Source of the DNA: Geosiphon pyriformis uo1 | Taxonomy: Eukaryota; Fungi; Glomeromycota | Direction of reading: 5' to 3' | DNA: 64,000 nt | Assembly: GCA_016748015.1 (NCBI GenBank) | Contig: JAAOMT010000672.1 | Span: forward strand, 137,428-201,427 | Shown here: piece by piece, positions 1-14,700 of the stretch | Position numbering within the stretch: position 1 is the first letter of the stretch | Layout of the letters: each line of letters opens with the position of its first letter | Program-made: the position numbers and the translations under genes | The notes under the pieces: generated by a model | The model's input: the letters and a program-made list of their open reading frames with translations, nothing else | Told to the model about the DNA's origin: nothing | The model's database searches: none

Positions 1-1600
1 AAACAATTTAAAGAGTTTTTTTTTGAAAAATATTGCTATATATTATTTTAATTTCTAATTTATTTAATAAAATAATGAGATAGCTATTAAGATTATAAAA
101 TATAATTGCAAATTTTTTTTATTTTTTTGAGTAGATAAATATTAGAAATTAAAATATTGTGTTTTCTGTAAATTTGTTTGTTGAATTTGAAAATTTGTTA
201 AGTAGTAATGAGTTTTAAACAAGTGTAAATTTTTTAATGTTTTCCAAAAAATGAAATAATAATTGGTTGAAGAAGTTAAAAAATTTGGTAAAATTTATTT
301 TATATATTAAAAGTTATGTTGACTAAATTTGTAAATTGTTTAATTAAACCAAAATTTTGTATTTTTTTTTATTTTTTCTTAATTGTTATTTAGTGTTCAC
401 AGATTGTAAATTCGAAATGTTAATTAAAAATAAATAAATAGTTTGAACAATTTTTTCAATATATTTGATCTTAAAAGACTTTTTAGTCTTATTTTGTAAC
501 ATAATAATAATATTTTCAATGTATTCTGTATTAATAACTTTTTTTTACATTAATTTCTTTGCTTGCTAATGATAATTGAGAATTAATTTGAATTATTGCT
601 TTTAGTAGTATTTTAAAAACAATTTTGAAATTAATTTTTGTTAATAACTTTGATTAAAAAACCAAAATATCTTTGCCAAGATATTATAAATCATATTTTA
701 CATTAATTTTATAAGTTTTTTTTAGTTTAATCTTTTGTTCATTGTTATTAAAGTATTTAAATTATACTATTGGCTAATTTTTAAGAAAATAAACTAAAAT
801 TGTTGATATTTTTTTTTGTTTGAATTTTCCAAATTCAATCTTATGTTTATTATTTTTAATAAATAATAATATATTAAAAACATAATATTTTAAACACTAT
901 TAATCATTACAAGACATAATATATTCTTTATATAATTAAATGTTTATTTGTTTTAGTTACTAAATTTGGGTTTTTTTTGATAAATAAACATAATTAGAAG
1001 TTAAATAATAAAGTTTAACTTTATTTTTATAGTCAAATTCAGCTAGTTTTATTGTGTATTTAATATAATCTGCTTTTTTTTTTGGCAAATATCTTTTTGA
1101 AATTTTTTATTAATAAGAATTATAGCTAATACTTCTATTTTAATTATAATTAATTTTTTATAAGTTTTTTAATTCTATTTATATAATAATATTAATATTA
1201 TATTGAAAATTTTGTGTAAATATTAATGTAATATAATAATTATAAATAAATTTTATTATTTATTTTGTTGTTTTGTTGTTGTTTTTAATTTTATAACTGT
1301 TTTATTTATAACAAACTATTAGAATTTTATTTTTTTATAATATATTTTATATTTAAAGAGTAAAATAATTGTTTTTTATTTGGTAGTTCTACTGTTAATT
1401 AGTTTTTTTTTGGCAGCAATATTAATTTTTTGTAATTAATATAAATATTAAATTCTTAATACAAATATTTTTTTATTTAATAACAGTTTAATAAATTATT
1501 AAGTGTTTTAATGCTAAAATCTTATAATTATTTTTAGCTAAGCTTAAGTTTTAGCTAATATATATTACTAAATGTTTTTATTTATTTGATTTGTATTGTA
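1..1600 (-). mobile_element. Extremely decayed family-B-like Ty3/Gypsy pol relic (Cys-rich module + dUTPase)
   Basis: By-eye collinearity with element B after C>T/G>A loss, e.g. ~345 aaaccaaaattttg vs B 30960 gaaccaaagccttg (GFGSTG motif); ~905 cattacaagacataatatattc vs B ~31527 catcacaaggcataatgcattc. Boundaries approximate. Confidence 0.55.
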
Positions 1601-1619
1601 ATAATATTATTTTTAGTGT

Positions 1620-3670
1620 TATATTAAAAATATTTATAACAATTATAAATTCCTTGTTATAATTTAAATAAATTAATATTTATATTTATATTAACTTTTA
1701 TCTAAATATTTTAAAAACTTATTGGATATTTATTTATTTATATTATGTATTTTTGGCTTGAAATTAGTAAAATAGTTGTACAATTACTAAAATTTTTTTG
1801 ATAAATTGTTGATAATATTTAGTTAGTTTCAAAAAGCTTTTAAGTTTTATTAAGTTTTGAGATCTTAAAAAGTTTTTAATTATCTTAATTTTGTTTAAAT
1901 TAGTTTTAATGTTTTTTTTAACTACATATTTTAAGAATTTAAAGTGTTTTTTTGAAAAGATATTTGTTAATATTTAATTTTAATTTAATATGTTTTAGTT
2001 TTTTGAATACTTATTGTAAATAATAAAAATATTTATTAAATATTTTTAAAAACATGTTGATATTATTTAGATAAACAAATACTGATTTTTATAATATGTT
2101 AAAATAAACAATTTTTATTAATTATTAGAATATAATAAGTATATTTTTTAAGTCAAATAGCATTATTTCAAATTTGAAGTTTTTTTTTTATTGTAAATAC
2201 TGTTTTTTTTTGTTGTTTAAATTTATGGCTATTTGTTAATATTTACTATCTGAATTTAATATAAAAAATTATTTATTTTTACCAAATAAATTAAACAATT
2301 TTTGAATCAATAATATTAAATAGTTATTGTTATAAATAATATTATTAAACTTATAATAATTTATACAAAACTGAATTTTGCCATTTTTTTTTAAATTAAT
2401 ATTACTAATAATAATTATGAACTTATAAAAAACTAAATAATTTATTGTTTAATATTTAATTAATTTTTTTATAATAATATTATAACTATTTAGTAATCTT
2501 TTATATGCTTTTTGCTTAATTAGTATAATATTTTCAGTTTTAATTTTATGCTAAATTATGTTAATTTTTTAAACTTATTTTTATTTGTAAAAATATTAGC
2601 ATATTGTTTAAATAATACTTAAAACTATATTTTTGCAATTAATCTAAGTTTTTTAAGTTTATTTGTTTTGGTTAAAACAAATAATATTTACTTTTTAAAT
2701 CTAAATTTGTAATGTAAAATTTATATATTTATATAATTTATTAAAATTCAGAATATTGGTTAGTTTGTTTTTAATTTTTAGATTTAAATATTTGATAATA
2801 ATATTAGCTGAAATTTTTATTGTTAAAAATTAAAATTCTAATATATTTTGTGATTTTTGATTAATATATATAAGTTAATAATAACAATAATTTTATTTTG
2901 GTATTTATTTGGTTTTGTTTTAAAAATCTATTGGTCCTTAATTTTTCTAAATATTTTTAATAAATATTTATAATATAGTAAAATAAAGATAATTTCTTTT
3001 GTTATATTAATAAATATGTTAATTTTTTTAATTAATTTAAATTTATTAATTTTTTTCTTATTTTTATTAAAACTAATTTAGCTATTCTAATAAAAAAAAA
3101 ATATAATTTATGCTATTTTTTTTGGTTTTATTTTATAAATTTTGTTTAAATTATTTTGTAATATAATAATAATATTTTCTATATATCTAGTATTAACTAT
3201 TTCTCTTTTTACAGTAATTTTTTTTGTTAAACTAAATTTAAATGCTAATTAAATTATGATTGTTATCAAAACTTTTAATGTTAACTTTAAATTTATATTG
3301 GTAAATAATAAAGTTCTAAAATTATAGAAACTTGTTTTAAATATTTAAAGTCAAATTTAATATTTGTTTTATGTGTTTTTTAAACATAATATTATTATTA
3401 TTCTTATTAAACCATTTAAGTTCTTGTTTTTTTGATAAATTAAAAAGTATAATATATTGTTTAACTTTAGGAATAATATTTAAATCTTCATCAAATTTGA
3501 AAATAATATTTGAATTGGAATTAAGCTTTAATTCTAATTGATCGATTTTATTAATTAGTATTAATTTTAAAAATCAAATAAATAATATGTGATAATAAAT
3601 TGTAAACAATATTACAATTATTATAATACTTAAATTAATATAAAATAAGACAATATTTGCAAAATTAAGT
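1620..3670 (-). mobile_element. Extremely decayed family-A-like Ty3/Gypsy pol relic (Cys-rich, dUTPase, RT, start of RNase H)
   Basis: Minus strand ~1790-1880 reads KLKSFLKLTKYYQQFIKKF (decayed LRSFLGLAGYYRRFI); ~3409-3460 aaaccatttaagttcttg...aatatattgttt matches element C ~42305-42358 (KEQELKWF). Boundaries approximate. Confidence 0.55.
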
Positions 3671-3749
3671 ATTAAGATTAGCAAATCTTTGTTTTTTTTT
3701 TACTAATATTAGTAATTAATAATATTTATTAAATTTTATTGAATTAATA

Positions 3750-4450
3750 AATATAACAAAAAATAAATTTTAAACAGATTCTTTAATAAATATGTTTTTA
3801 ATTGCATATATTTTTTTTATGATGTTATTATATTTGGCAGTTGCTATTTTCCAGATTTTATTTTTATTATGTAAACAACTGTTCAAATAAAAAATAATGT
3901 AATTGTAAACTGTTTAAATTAAAATTCTTTTTTTTATTTAATTATAAATAAAAATATTGTATTAATATGATTTATTATATGGTTTTTTTTTTTTTAAAAT
4001 TTTGTTTTATATTTTTTATTAGAAAAAGTTTTTTTATAAATTAAATAAAACTTATTATTTCATTTTTTTTGGCATTTTAGGTAATTAAATTATTTTAAAA
4101 CACATAAATAGCAATAAAATTTAATTGTTATTAAGTATTTTTTATTATTATTACAATAAGTATTTATAAATAATAGTTTTTTTTATAGTTAATGCAAATA
4201 AGTTTTGGTTATTAATAATATAAATCTTTAAGAAAACCATATAAATAATAAATAATTATTATAATATTTTTTAATGTAATAGTACATAAATAGTAATAAT
4301 AGTTTATAGCTTTTCAGCTTTTTTTTTCTTTTCAAGTTAATATAACTGATAAATTAGTTCTTAAATTATTGATCCAAAAAATTAGATAAGTTTCTAAAAT
4401 ATGTTTTTTTTTCTTTTAAATTAATAAGTAGTATTTTATTTATTATTTTA
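3750..4450 (-). pseudogene. Probable decayed retroelement integrase core fragment
   Basis: Minus strand ~4190-4260 reads IIYYLYGFLKDLYINNQNLF, resembling I..RYG.P..L.SDNG..F. Weak, low-complexity background. Confidence 0.3.
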
Positions 4451-7400
4451 AAATATTTACATATTATTAATATTTGTATATAGTATTTTTAATAACTTAA
4501 TTAAAGCTCTTAAATATTTTAATTAAGTATAACATTAGTTTTAAACAGCTAATTATTACTAATAAGTATTTAATATTGTATAGCTTTTATAATAAAAATT
4601 TTAATTAATGTTATAATATTGTTAACTTTAAATTAAAATTATTAATCTTGTCAATTAGAATTTTTATAACTTTATTAATTGTAATAATATGTATATTAAC
4701 AACTCAATTAATTTAATAATTTAATTAGTTCATAAGTTATCATGTAATAATATTGTTTATTAACTTATTATTAAGAATAAGCTTAATAACTTGGCTATTA
4801 ATTTTGATATTAATATATATTATAATAATTAGTTTATTTAAATTTAATATAATTTTACTAAAAAGAAGTAATTTATTCTCATTTTTTAATTCAAAAGAAC
4901 AGTAAAAATACTGTTTTTAGTAATAATTATTAATAAAATATTGTTATTATTATTAATTATTATAAAAAAACTTAAATAATTCTAAAAATTTGGAAAAAAT
5001 AACTATATATTTTTTAAATTTCGGGCATAACTTTCAATTATAGATTAACAGTATTAAAAATTAATTAATATATAATTATTATTAATTATTAATTTTATTA
5101 AATAGTTTTTGGTCTTAAGTTTTAAGTTTAAATTAAAAATAATAAATAAAATTAAGATTATAATATTAATTCTCAAACAAATAGTTAATAAATAATTAAT
5201 AGTTGTGGCTAAAAATAAGATAAATATATAAATTGTAATTAAGAGTATTATAATTTTAATAATAAATAATATTATAACAGTTAATATTGTTTTTGCTAAG
5301 CTTTAATTTTATATTTTGAATTTTGAATTTTTTAATTAGAGTTTTAATATTAATTTTCTAATTATTAATTACTTAATTACAATTTACAATTTAATTTAAG
5401 ATGACTTTATTAATAATAATAATAAAATATTCTAATTTTTTATTGTCATTAATTTATTAATAATGAGAATAATTATAACTAATTTTAAGAATAATTATTG
5501 TTTTATTAATTTTTATAATATTGTAAAAATTAATACATAGTTTAATTATTAATTAAGTATTTCTTAATTTTTTGATTAATGTTATTATTAAGCTGTTTTA
5601 GCTTAATATTTAGCTTAAATAATTTATTTATTATTAGGTTTATAATTTAAACATAATTAATCTTAAGCTAGATTGATTTAAAATTTTAAGCCAGTATAAT
5701 TATTACTTAAAAATTTGTTGAACATACTAAGTATACTTATTAAAAAATACTATTATGTAATTTTTTAATAAATTAATTTAAAATCTATAGCTCTATATAA
5801 TAATTAGTATCAATTACTTAAATTTAGTACAGATAATAATAAAAACATTCTAAGTATATAGTTTAATAGTTTTAAAATAAATGTAAAATTTTTTTAATTT
5901 TAATTATTATTATATATTTATGTACTTTTTTTTAAAAATTAATCTAAAATCTATTTATTGCTATTAGAGTTTTGTTTAAAACTATTTTTGTAATTATTTA
6001 AAGAATTTTTTTAATTTAAAAACATAAAATATTAATATTTTTTAGTATTTTTCTAATTTTAATAATAAAGCTATCAATTAATAATAATATAAATAATTTT
6101 AATTAAAAATTATTGTTTTTTTTAATATTAAAACTACTGTATATATATATATTTATAACTTTATAAAAAAACATATTATAATATTTTAATATAGTATTTA
6201 CTATTATTATAAAATAATATTTGCTGTTAATATTATTTCATAATTGCTGCTATATTAATTAATACTTTTTTAAAATTATTATTATATTATTTTATAATTG
6301 AATAATTTATATTATTTTATAATTTTTACTAAATTTTTGAATTATAATATCATATTTGTTTTATTTTTTATTTTTTTAGCTTTTATTATTGTTAATATTT
6401 TGTTGTGATTTTTGATTTTTTAAAGCTGTATTGATTAAATTTGTTGTTAAATTAATTGGTTTTTTGGTTATTTTAATTGGTTTTTTTATTTAAAGATATG
6501 TACAAAAATTTTAAAATAGAAAAAAACTTGATTATTATAATAAAAATTTTTAAAAATTTTATTGGTTTTTGATTAGTATATCTAAGAATTTACTAATTTT
6601 AAAGCTAAAATAAATTTAATACTGTTAAAGCATTTTTTTAAATAATAACATTTTTAATTATTTAGTTATTTTATAATAAATATGTAATTTTAATATTAAG
6701 AATAATATTAAAAAAACCAAATTGTTTTTTAATAAGTTTATTTTTGATAATTGAAATTTAAATAATATTATAAAAAAACTTGGTAGACTGAATTTATTTT
6801 CAGCTTTTTTTAATTTAGCTTAATTAATATTTTAACTAATTTAGATAATTAATTATATATAAAAAACATATTTAATTTAGAATTTTTAATAAGTTATATT
6901 ATATTAAATAGTATTTAAACATATTTTATTAAAACTTAATAAAAAACTCGAATTTTTTTTATAATTTTAATTAATATTTTAATAATAATTTAATTAATTT
7001 TAAATTTAAACAAAAAATTTTTTTTTTTTTAAATAAAAATATTTTTTTTTGGGTTTTTTTATAATATTAAAAAGTTTATAATTAAGCTTTTTTGTAAAAA
7101 AGTTAATTTTTACAACAAATAATTATATATTATTAAAGAGTTTATAGTTAAAAATTTTTGTAAAAAAGTTAATTTTTATTGCAAAGTAATTACATAAAAT
7201 AATTGTTATAAATTTAATAATAAATATAAAAACTTTTTTTTTCTTATATCTAAAAGTTTCCAAAAAGAGCTATTTTTCAAAAAAAAAATTTATCTTGTTT
7301 TTTTTAGTATTTTTTCTTTCAAAAATTTTCAAGCAAATAATTTTTTGGTGATAAATCTAGTAATTACTTTAAGTAACAATATGTTTAAGAAAAAATATTC

Positions 7401-9844
7401 AAAGAAGCATTTTATAGATCTGTTAGAAGTTTATTTTCTTAAAAAAAAAGTTTTTATAAGTAATATTAAGTACTCTAATAATAATAAAAATATTTTTTTG
7501 GTCAAATTTGGTTTTGAAAATAGTATATACTTGGATATAGATAGTGAATTTGGTAATAATAAAAATATTATGTTTTAGTAGATGCTAATAATATATTTTT
7601 TTTTGGTTTAGCAACAATAACTTCTAAAGCTAAGAAAATTTATACTGATCTGAAATATAATTTTCTTATTAGTACAATTAACTATAACATAGATAAAAAT
7701 GATAAATCTCTCTCTTTCTTTTTCAATATTACTCTGAACAAAAAATAAATTAACTTAAAAATTACTAAAACTTAAATAAAAATATCTGTTAGAAAGTTTT
7801 TTGCTTTAGATATTAATCTTTTAGCTATAAAATACAAATTAATAACAACAAAAAATCAAATTATCAAAAAGCATTTTTCAATAATCAATAATTTTGAAAA
7901 GATTATTACTTTCCAAAATTTGAAAAGATCATTAGATTAATGTTTATATTAGAAACAAACATAAATAAAATTGTATTATTGGCTAAAAAAAATAATATTA
8001 AAGTAAACAGTAATCTTAAAAAACAAAAAATACATTTAAATTGGACTGTAATAATTAAAAAAATTCTTATAAATACACCAAAAGAAATAATTATTATTAT
8101 AGTATTCAAGTTTGGTTAAATTGTGTTAATTTAATTGCAATTAATTAAACTGTAGTAAAAGACTGTAATAGAATTTGCCAAATCAAATCAAACAAATTTA
8201 TTGACAACTAAGTAGTTATTCTTAATTAGAAAAAATTCAGTATATATTATAAAGACTATAAAAAATTATAATGTTTAAATGTTTAGAGATTAGTTTAAGA
8301 CACTTTTGTTTACTCTTTTTATGAAAACAACTGCTTATAATTTTAGTACTCTGCTAAAAGAGACTAGTAAAAAAAACTTGTATTATTAATTAATTATTTA
8401 AAACTGGTAATAAAGTTCATTATACAGTAATTAACTTTAAATTAGAAAAAAAAAGTTAAAGTCAACTTTTTGCATAGAGCCAATTTTAAATAATATTAAG
8501 CTTTTTTGGACTAAATTGGATCTGATTTGATATGAGAAATGTGAACATTTTGAACATTTAGCTTTGAAGTATAATATATTAAGTACATTTATCTTGTTTT
8601 TTTTAAAAACTTATAAAAAAGTTGTATTAAACAAGAATTGTCTTTAATTAGCCAAATTATATGCAAAAAAAAGTGTTTTTATTTTTTGTTTTGTTGTCTT
8701 TGATGGCAAATTATAAGGATAAATGATTTTACTTGTTATTTTTTTTAATAGTACTAGCTTTAGTTTTAGTGCTAAGTTATCTTTTTTTAGTATTTCACAT
8801 GCTAATAAGAGTTTTTTTATTGCTTAGAATAATTTGTTTATTGATGTTTGTTTAGTTTTATTAGAATGTTCTTTAAAGTTTTTGGCTAATTAAGTATCAG
8901 ATATTGTGCAAAAACTAAGCAATATAGATTTGGTATCTTTGGTATTTATTTCTTAACCTTTCTCTCCAACTGTTTCTGTAGTATTAAATTTAAAGCTAGA
9001 TTTGAACATAGTTTTGGATAATCCACTAGTGTTATCTCTTTTTTTTTTTAATTGCAAAAAATAAGATATTGAATTTGGATTTGAATAGTTTAAAGATACT
9101 AATCATTAGGGTAAGTGGCTTGAAATCGAAAATAGTTGCTTTTAAGATTTTTATAAATTCAGTTTTAAAGAAATTAGATCAGTTGTGTACTAATTTGGGT
9201 TTTTTAATATATTTTTTCTCTCAACAAGTAACTTGGTTTAAAAGTTTGTTATGTGTAATATTTGGAGTATTAATGTTTTTGCTAAGCAAAAAAACATTGT
9301 TTGCTAACATGTAAATTTGAAAAATATGGTTTTAATTATTACAAAAACAAAATTAAAGTTTAGTATTAAATTATAAATTATATATAAGTTTAATAAGATA
9401 AAAATTTTTATATTTGGTTTAGATAAAAGTTTTCTTGGTATTAGAATAACAATTATTATGAACAATTCTTTGGCTTAACATGTCTTAAAAGTTAAAAAAA
9501 TTTTTGATTGAGTCATTTCTGTATGGCTTTTATTTAAAAATAAACTATTAATTATAATTTTAGATCTGTATATTGGTATATTTGCTAATATATAATTTGA
9601 TTAAGTTTCTAATGTTAATTTTATTATCTCTAAAGTGGTTAATTCTAGCTATTTTGTGATTTTAAGTGGTAATTTTAATGAGAATAGTTCTAAGAAAAGT
9701 GTGAGTTTTAAGAGATATTCAAATTTGAATCTGGTTAATTTGCTTTATAGATATTTTTTGACTAAAATTCCTACTTGAAGCAACTCTAAAAAAGCCAAAA
9801 AATTATCAATTATATTTTTGTTAGTAATAATTTGTTGTTAACAA

Positions 9845-10832
9845 CGTTACAAGTGACTATTTCTGGTGTTGGATTAAATAACAAACCCATAACTTAGTGC
9901 TCAAAGCTATTCTTGTTGTTAATGATCTAAAGGTTTGGTATCTGAAGGTTTTGTATCTGAAGAGTTTGGTGGAGTTTTTTGTATAATAGACAGAGATTCA
10001 ATGGTAATAGTTTTATTTATAGCTTCCCAAAACTGCAGTTTTGTCAATTTCTTTCTCAGCTTGGTGGCCAGTATTCCTTCTGATAAGCTATCCTCAATCG
10101 AGTGTTCTACCCTTATTTCTGGGTCTTTTACCAGTCATGTTTATCCTAATATCAGTACCCCATGCATTAATCCTCAATAGAGTTAGTAAACAACAATAAA
10201 ATTAAAGCAAGAAATAAAAAAAATAAAGAAAATAAAGAAAGAAAAGAAATAAGCCAAGGTGATTTACAAGTTAGTATTTGTCAATAGCCATGAGCAAGAA
10301 CTATTGTTCCAGTGTGGTCAAGTATTAATTACTATCAACATGAAGTGTTGATAGTGGAGAGTGGATTTGAGATATGAAATAATTATTTATTTGATAATTG
10401 TGAATTAAAAGATTGTTTAGATGAAATCTAAACTGGAAGGTCTTACTAAAGGATTCTTTTTTTTTTAATTTTAATAATTATGATTTTGCGAGTCTAATTG
10501 ATTCTATGAGTCTAATTAACTCCACAAATCAATTGACTCTCAGTCTCATTGACTCCTTTTCTAACTTTTGATACTACTACTATATATATGTATTTGAGAT
10601 TCCTCAATTCCTCAATTTTTCATGTCAGGAATCCTGGAATTCCTGGAATTCTGCAATTCCTTTAAGAGGAATTCTGGAATTTTGGAATCCTGCAATTCTT
10701 CGTGTAAGAATCCTACAATTTCTGGAATCCTGCAATTTCTCTGAGAGAAATCCTGGAATTCCACATTTATTATATCTACCTATGATTGGCTAATTTATAT
10801 GCTAATATACTTCCTATATTTTATGAGTAACA
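9845..10832 (-). mobile_element. Solo LTR, family A (D-type U5), 4-bp TSD ACAA, inserted in LINE1 endonuclease
   Basis: Reverse complement of LTR 48094-48956; termini cGTTAC...GTAACA; ACAA at 9841-9844 and 10833-10836. Confidence 0.9.
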
Positions 10833-12156
10833 ACAATTGCAAATTGTAAAGTTGGTTCTGTATTTGATTTTTTGATACTAATTATAAGACAATTATGATT
10901 TTGGTTAGATTAAAGAGTCTTTTAAATGTTTATTTAAATAGTATTCACAAGCAAACAAACAAAAATTGTTAAAAATTTAAGATTAAAAATGCTAATATTG
11001 TCAAATAGAATAATTTTTATGATCTTTTTTCAATTAAGCTTTCTTTAGTTATAAATAAGTTTGATAAAAAGAATAAAAGAGGAAATTTGAATATAATATA
11101 GAAACTTTTACAAGATATTATAGTTGTATCAGTTAATAAAACATTTTTTAAATATTAATATAGTAAAGCCAAATATTTTTCCGATAAACAATCATTAAAA
11201 TTTTACAAATTGAAGTTTTTAGTTACCAAATTGGTAAAAATTTTTAAGTCTGGTAATGTGTTAAAGTCCAATTTTTTGTTTCACATTTTGTTGGTTTCTA
11301 ATATGGAAAAAGCTTTTAAAATACAAACTATAGTTTAAAATAATATTAAAACAATTAATATTTTTAGCTGTTTATCTAAAATTAGAAAAACTTATTGTAA
11401 ATTCAAAATGTATGAATCCAAAACTGCTAAAACAACTGCTATTAAATGTGTAATTAAAGAAAAAATAAACAATTTTTGTTTAAATAAAGACCATATATTC
11501 AAGAATATATTAAAAAAACTCTTTTATAAGGTGATATTAGATTATTTAATAGTTGATAAAAAACTGGTTTTGGAACTTAATATAATTAAATCTAATATTA
11601 ATACTATTATAGAGAGTTAGAAAGTACACAATCTTTGAGTTATTATTAAAGACTTGAACTAATTAGTATGTTTTTTTGAATTATGTTAATAATAGTGTTT
11701 TTTCAAATATTATAAGCATTATTAGTTTTGAGAAATTGGTTTATGTGATAAAAAATTTGTTAAATGAAAAAGCTGTTAATTTGAATAGCATTTCAAATAA
11801 GCTGTAAAAGTATTATAATAAAGATATTATTAAAAGTTTTCTGGTTTTTTTGAACTTATGTTTATCTTTAAGTATAATAGCAAATTTATAAAAAAAAGCA
11901 TGAGTCTTAATAATACCTAAATTTTATGATTGAAATAAAATTTTTACAAATACTAAACCAAATAGTTTAATTAAGACAGCTAAGAAAATTCTCTCTAAAA
12001 TTTTTTTAAATTAGATTTTATCTGTATACAACAAATTTAATGTTCTTTATAAAAACAATTTTTCTGTTTTAAAGAATACTTTAACACAATTTTCTGTGTT
12101 TGCTGTTGGCTTAGTGATTGAAAATACTTTAAAAAAGAATAAAAAAATCTAATTGG

Positions 12157-12983
12157 TATTACAAGTGATTATTTGGAGTCTCAAAACAAATAAAAAATCC
12201 GTAACTTGATGCTCAATTGATATAATGTTATTGGTAGTATCTAAAGGTATTGTTATCTAAAGGTTTTTTGTTGAGTTTTTTGTATAATAGACAGAGATTC
12301 AATAGTTGTTTCAGTAGTCTCTTAGAATCGCAATTCCATTGAATTTCTTTTTCAGCTTGGTGGCCAGTAATCCTTCTGATAAGCTATCTTCAAATCTATA
12401 AGTGTTTTACCCTTGTTTTACAGATTTTTTACCAGTCCCTATAACATTTGTAACTCAACACTTTAATCCTTAATCAATTAGTAAACCCAAAAGAAATACA
12501 AAAGAAAATAAAAAAAAATAAAAGAAGATAAAAAAATAAACAAAAGCAATTGCAAGTTAGTATTCTATCAATAGCTTTAATCAAGAGCTATTGTTTCAGT
12601 GTGGTTAAGTATTAATTGCTATCAACATGAAGTGTTAATAGTGGAGAGTGGATTGGAGATATTAAATAATTATTTATTAATATTCATAATGTGTAAGGTT
12701 GTTTAAATTAAATCTAAACTGGAAGGTCTCTAACTAAAAAATTCTAATAATTAAAACTTGTGAGTCTAATTAACTTTGAGAATCCTACTGACTCTGGAAG
12801 TCTTTCTGACTAATTTTCTAGCTTTTAATACTACTGCTATATATATATAAATTTTATTGTATGAGATTCCTTGAATTTCTCAATTCTCTAGCCAGAAATT
12901 CTGGAATTCCTGAAATCCTGCAATTTCTTTGAGAGGAATTCTGGAATTCTGGAATCCTGCAATTTCTTATATAAGAATTCTGG
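12157..12983 (-). mobile_element. Truncated family A LTR in LINE1 RT; U3 end deleted together with most of the LINE RT
   Basis: Begins tATTACaagtgattatttggagtctc (U5 end of A-type LTR) after TTGG; breaks in the GGAATTC repeats; LINE resumes just before RNase H; no second TSD. Confidence 0.8.
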
Positions 12984-13090
12984 TCTCTTCTGGCATAGTT
13001 TCTAATATAAAAAATAATAATATTTTGTTAACAAATCAATTTTTGACTTTAAAAAAACATCTTTACAAAATTTAATCAAGTATTATTATT

Positions 13091-13480
13091 ATGTATATAA
13101 ATAAGTTTTTAAAAAATTTCAGTTTTTTTACTATAACTGATAAGACTGTTGCATATTTTTTTAAAGTTGATTTGGATGTTGATATCAAAGTTAATAAGTT
13201 GTTGTTATTAATAATAGCTGAATTACAATCTGTTGTTTTGGCTTTAGAATGTGTGTTTTTTTCCTGTATTGTAATTATGTACTTAAACAGCCAAACTACT
13301 ATAAATACATATATCTCAGAATTAAAACTGTTAAGTTTTGATTTTTGAAACTGTTGCTGGATAAAAAAAAGACATATTGCAAATTTGGTTAGTAATAAAA
13401 ATTTTTTAATGATTTGGTTAAAAGTTAAGAGACATTTAAGTATTTTGGATAATGTTTAAACAGATACTTTGGTAAGTAAA
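13091..13480 (+). pseudogene. LINE1 ORF2 RNase H domain (decayed)
   Basis: YINKFL (YTDGSL), AELQSVVLALE, YLNSQTT (DSQAA), VKVKRH..ILDN (KVKGHSG..GN); second copy on minus strand 54990-55280. Confidence 0.75.
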
Positions 13481-14629
13481 ACTGCTTGTTTTTTTCTGTT
13501 GTTGTCTAATAATGTGTGTAAATGCTTTAATAAAACTAATAATTTATCAGTATCTAATAATGTTTATTATTTTGTTTAGGATATATATAGATTAGTAAAT
13601 TATGTTTACTAAAAAGCTAAACTTGTTTTCAAAGTAATAAATAACTCTTTGGTTTGAAAAATTGATTGAATTTGAATTGTTGTAGTTTAGTATTTAAATT
13701 CAAATATATTGTTAGGCTTTACAAAGAAGATTTTAATTAGTTTGTATATATATTTCATAAAAACAGTCCATAAAAAATTGTTTGTTGCAGTCAGAAAAAA
13801 ATTTTATGACAAAAATTATTCAAGTGTTTTGTGTTTGCAGTATGAGAAGATTGAATTTTTGATTATATATTTATCTTTTCTAAGAAGTCTAATTCTTATA
13901 AGAAGATTTTGTTTGATTAGATTATAATTTAAAAATTTTTAACAAAGTCTTATCTTTTATTATCTTCTATGATTAAGAAATTTTTTTTTATGTTTATTAG
14001 ATATTGGTCTGTATATACTTTTTTATAAAGGCTTTGTATTTAAAGATTAATATAGTAAAGCTATACAGATATTTGAAAATCATAAGAAAACTGTTCAAGT
14101 TCTAATTAATTTTGTGTATAGTTTAGATAAATAGTATTATTCAGATTTATGAGAATTTAGGTCTAAATACAGAGTAAATATCAAAAAATATGGTTTGGTT
14201 AATAATTTTAAAGTAATATCTGGTATTTTTATAATCTAGTGTTAAGCTTGTTGGATAGAATAATCAAATTAATTAATATTAATAAGTTTTTTGGGATTAG
14301 TTTTGGTTTTTGTAAGTCCTACTTGTTTTTTTCTGATTTAAATAGTGAAATAATAATTTATATAAAAACTTAGTATTATTTTGATTAGTTTGAATAATTG
14401 GTTATATGTAATAAAAACATGAATTGTATTTAGTTAAAGTTTCTAATCTTGACTTTGTATACTAAATAATAATTGGATTATATTTATTAAAGTAATAAAA
14501 AAATATTACATTTGTTTTATTTTTATTTTTTAATTTTGTTTAAAAATTAAAATATATTATTATTACTTTTGATTTTTATAAAAACTTAAAAATTATAATT
14601 AAAAAGATTGGATTAATAGATTTGTAACA

Positions 14630-14700
14630 AACTCGAAAAAGCACGTGATTTAATATTGTGCCACGTGACTTATTTGTTTCGTCGATTACTGCGCCATCTC
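14630..14700. promoter_or_regulatory. Small CpG-retaining island with two RTCACGTG E-boxes
   Basis: CACGTGAT 14642-14649 and CACGTGAC 14662-14669, 20 bp apart; six CpGs in ~70 bp with nearly CpG-free flanks. Confidence 0.5.

Larger units (their letters stand above)
7228..14503 (+). mobile_element. LINE1: decayed non-LTR retrotransposon (ORF1 ~7350-9225; ORF2 endonuclease-RT-RNase H-CCHC), interrupted by two LTR insertions and an internal deletion
   Basis: Starts AAAAACTTTTTTTTTCTT like LINE2 and LINE3; ORF1 collinear with 15379-16196 and 58667-60500; endonuclease start remnant ~9230-9300; RT region ARKILSKI..LVLQ ~11980-12160; RNase H 13091-13348; 3' UTR like 49200-49350; short A tail ~14497-14503. 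Confidence 0.8.

Noticed and set aside
7071-7200. Imperfect ~66-bp direct repeat before LINE1
   Set aside because: Two degenerate AT-rich units with no associated structure.
9935-10180. Recurrent antisense LTR ORFs (9935, 16717, 37220, 46523)
   Set aside because: Recurrence follows from LTR homology; starts and lengths vary; no motif.
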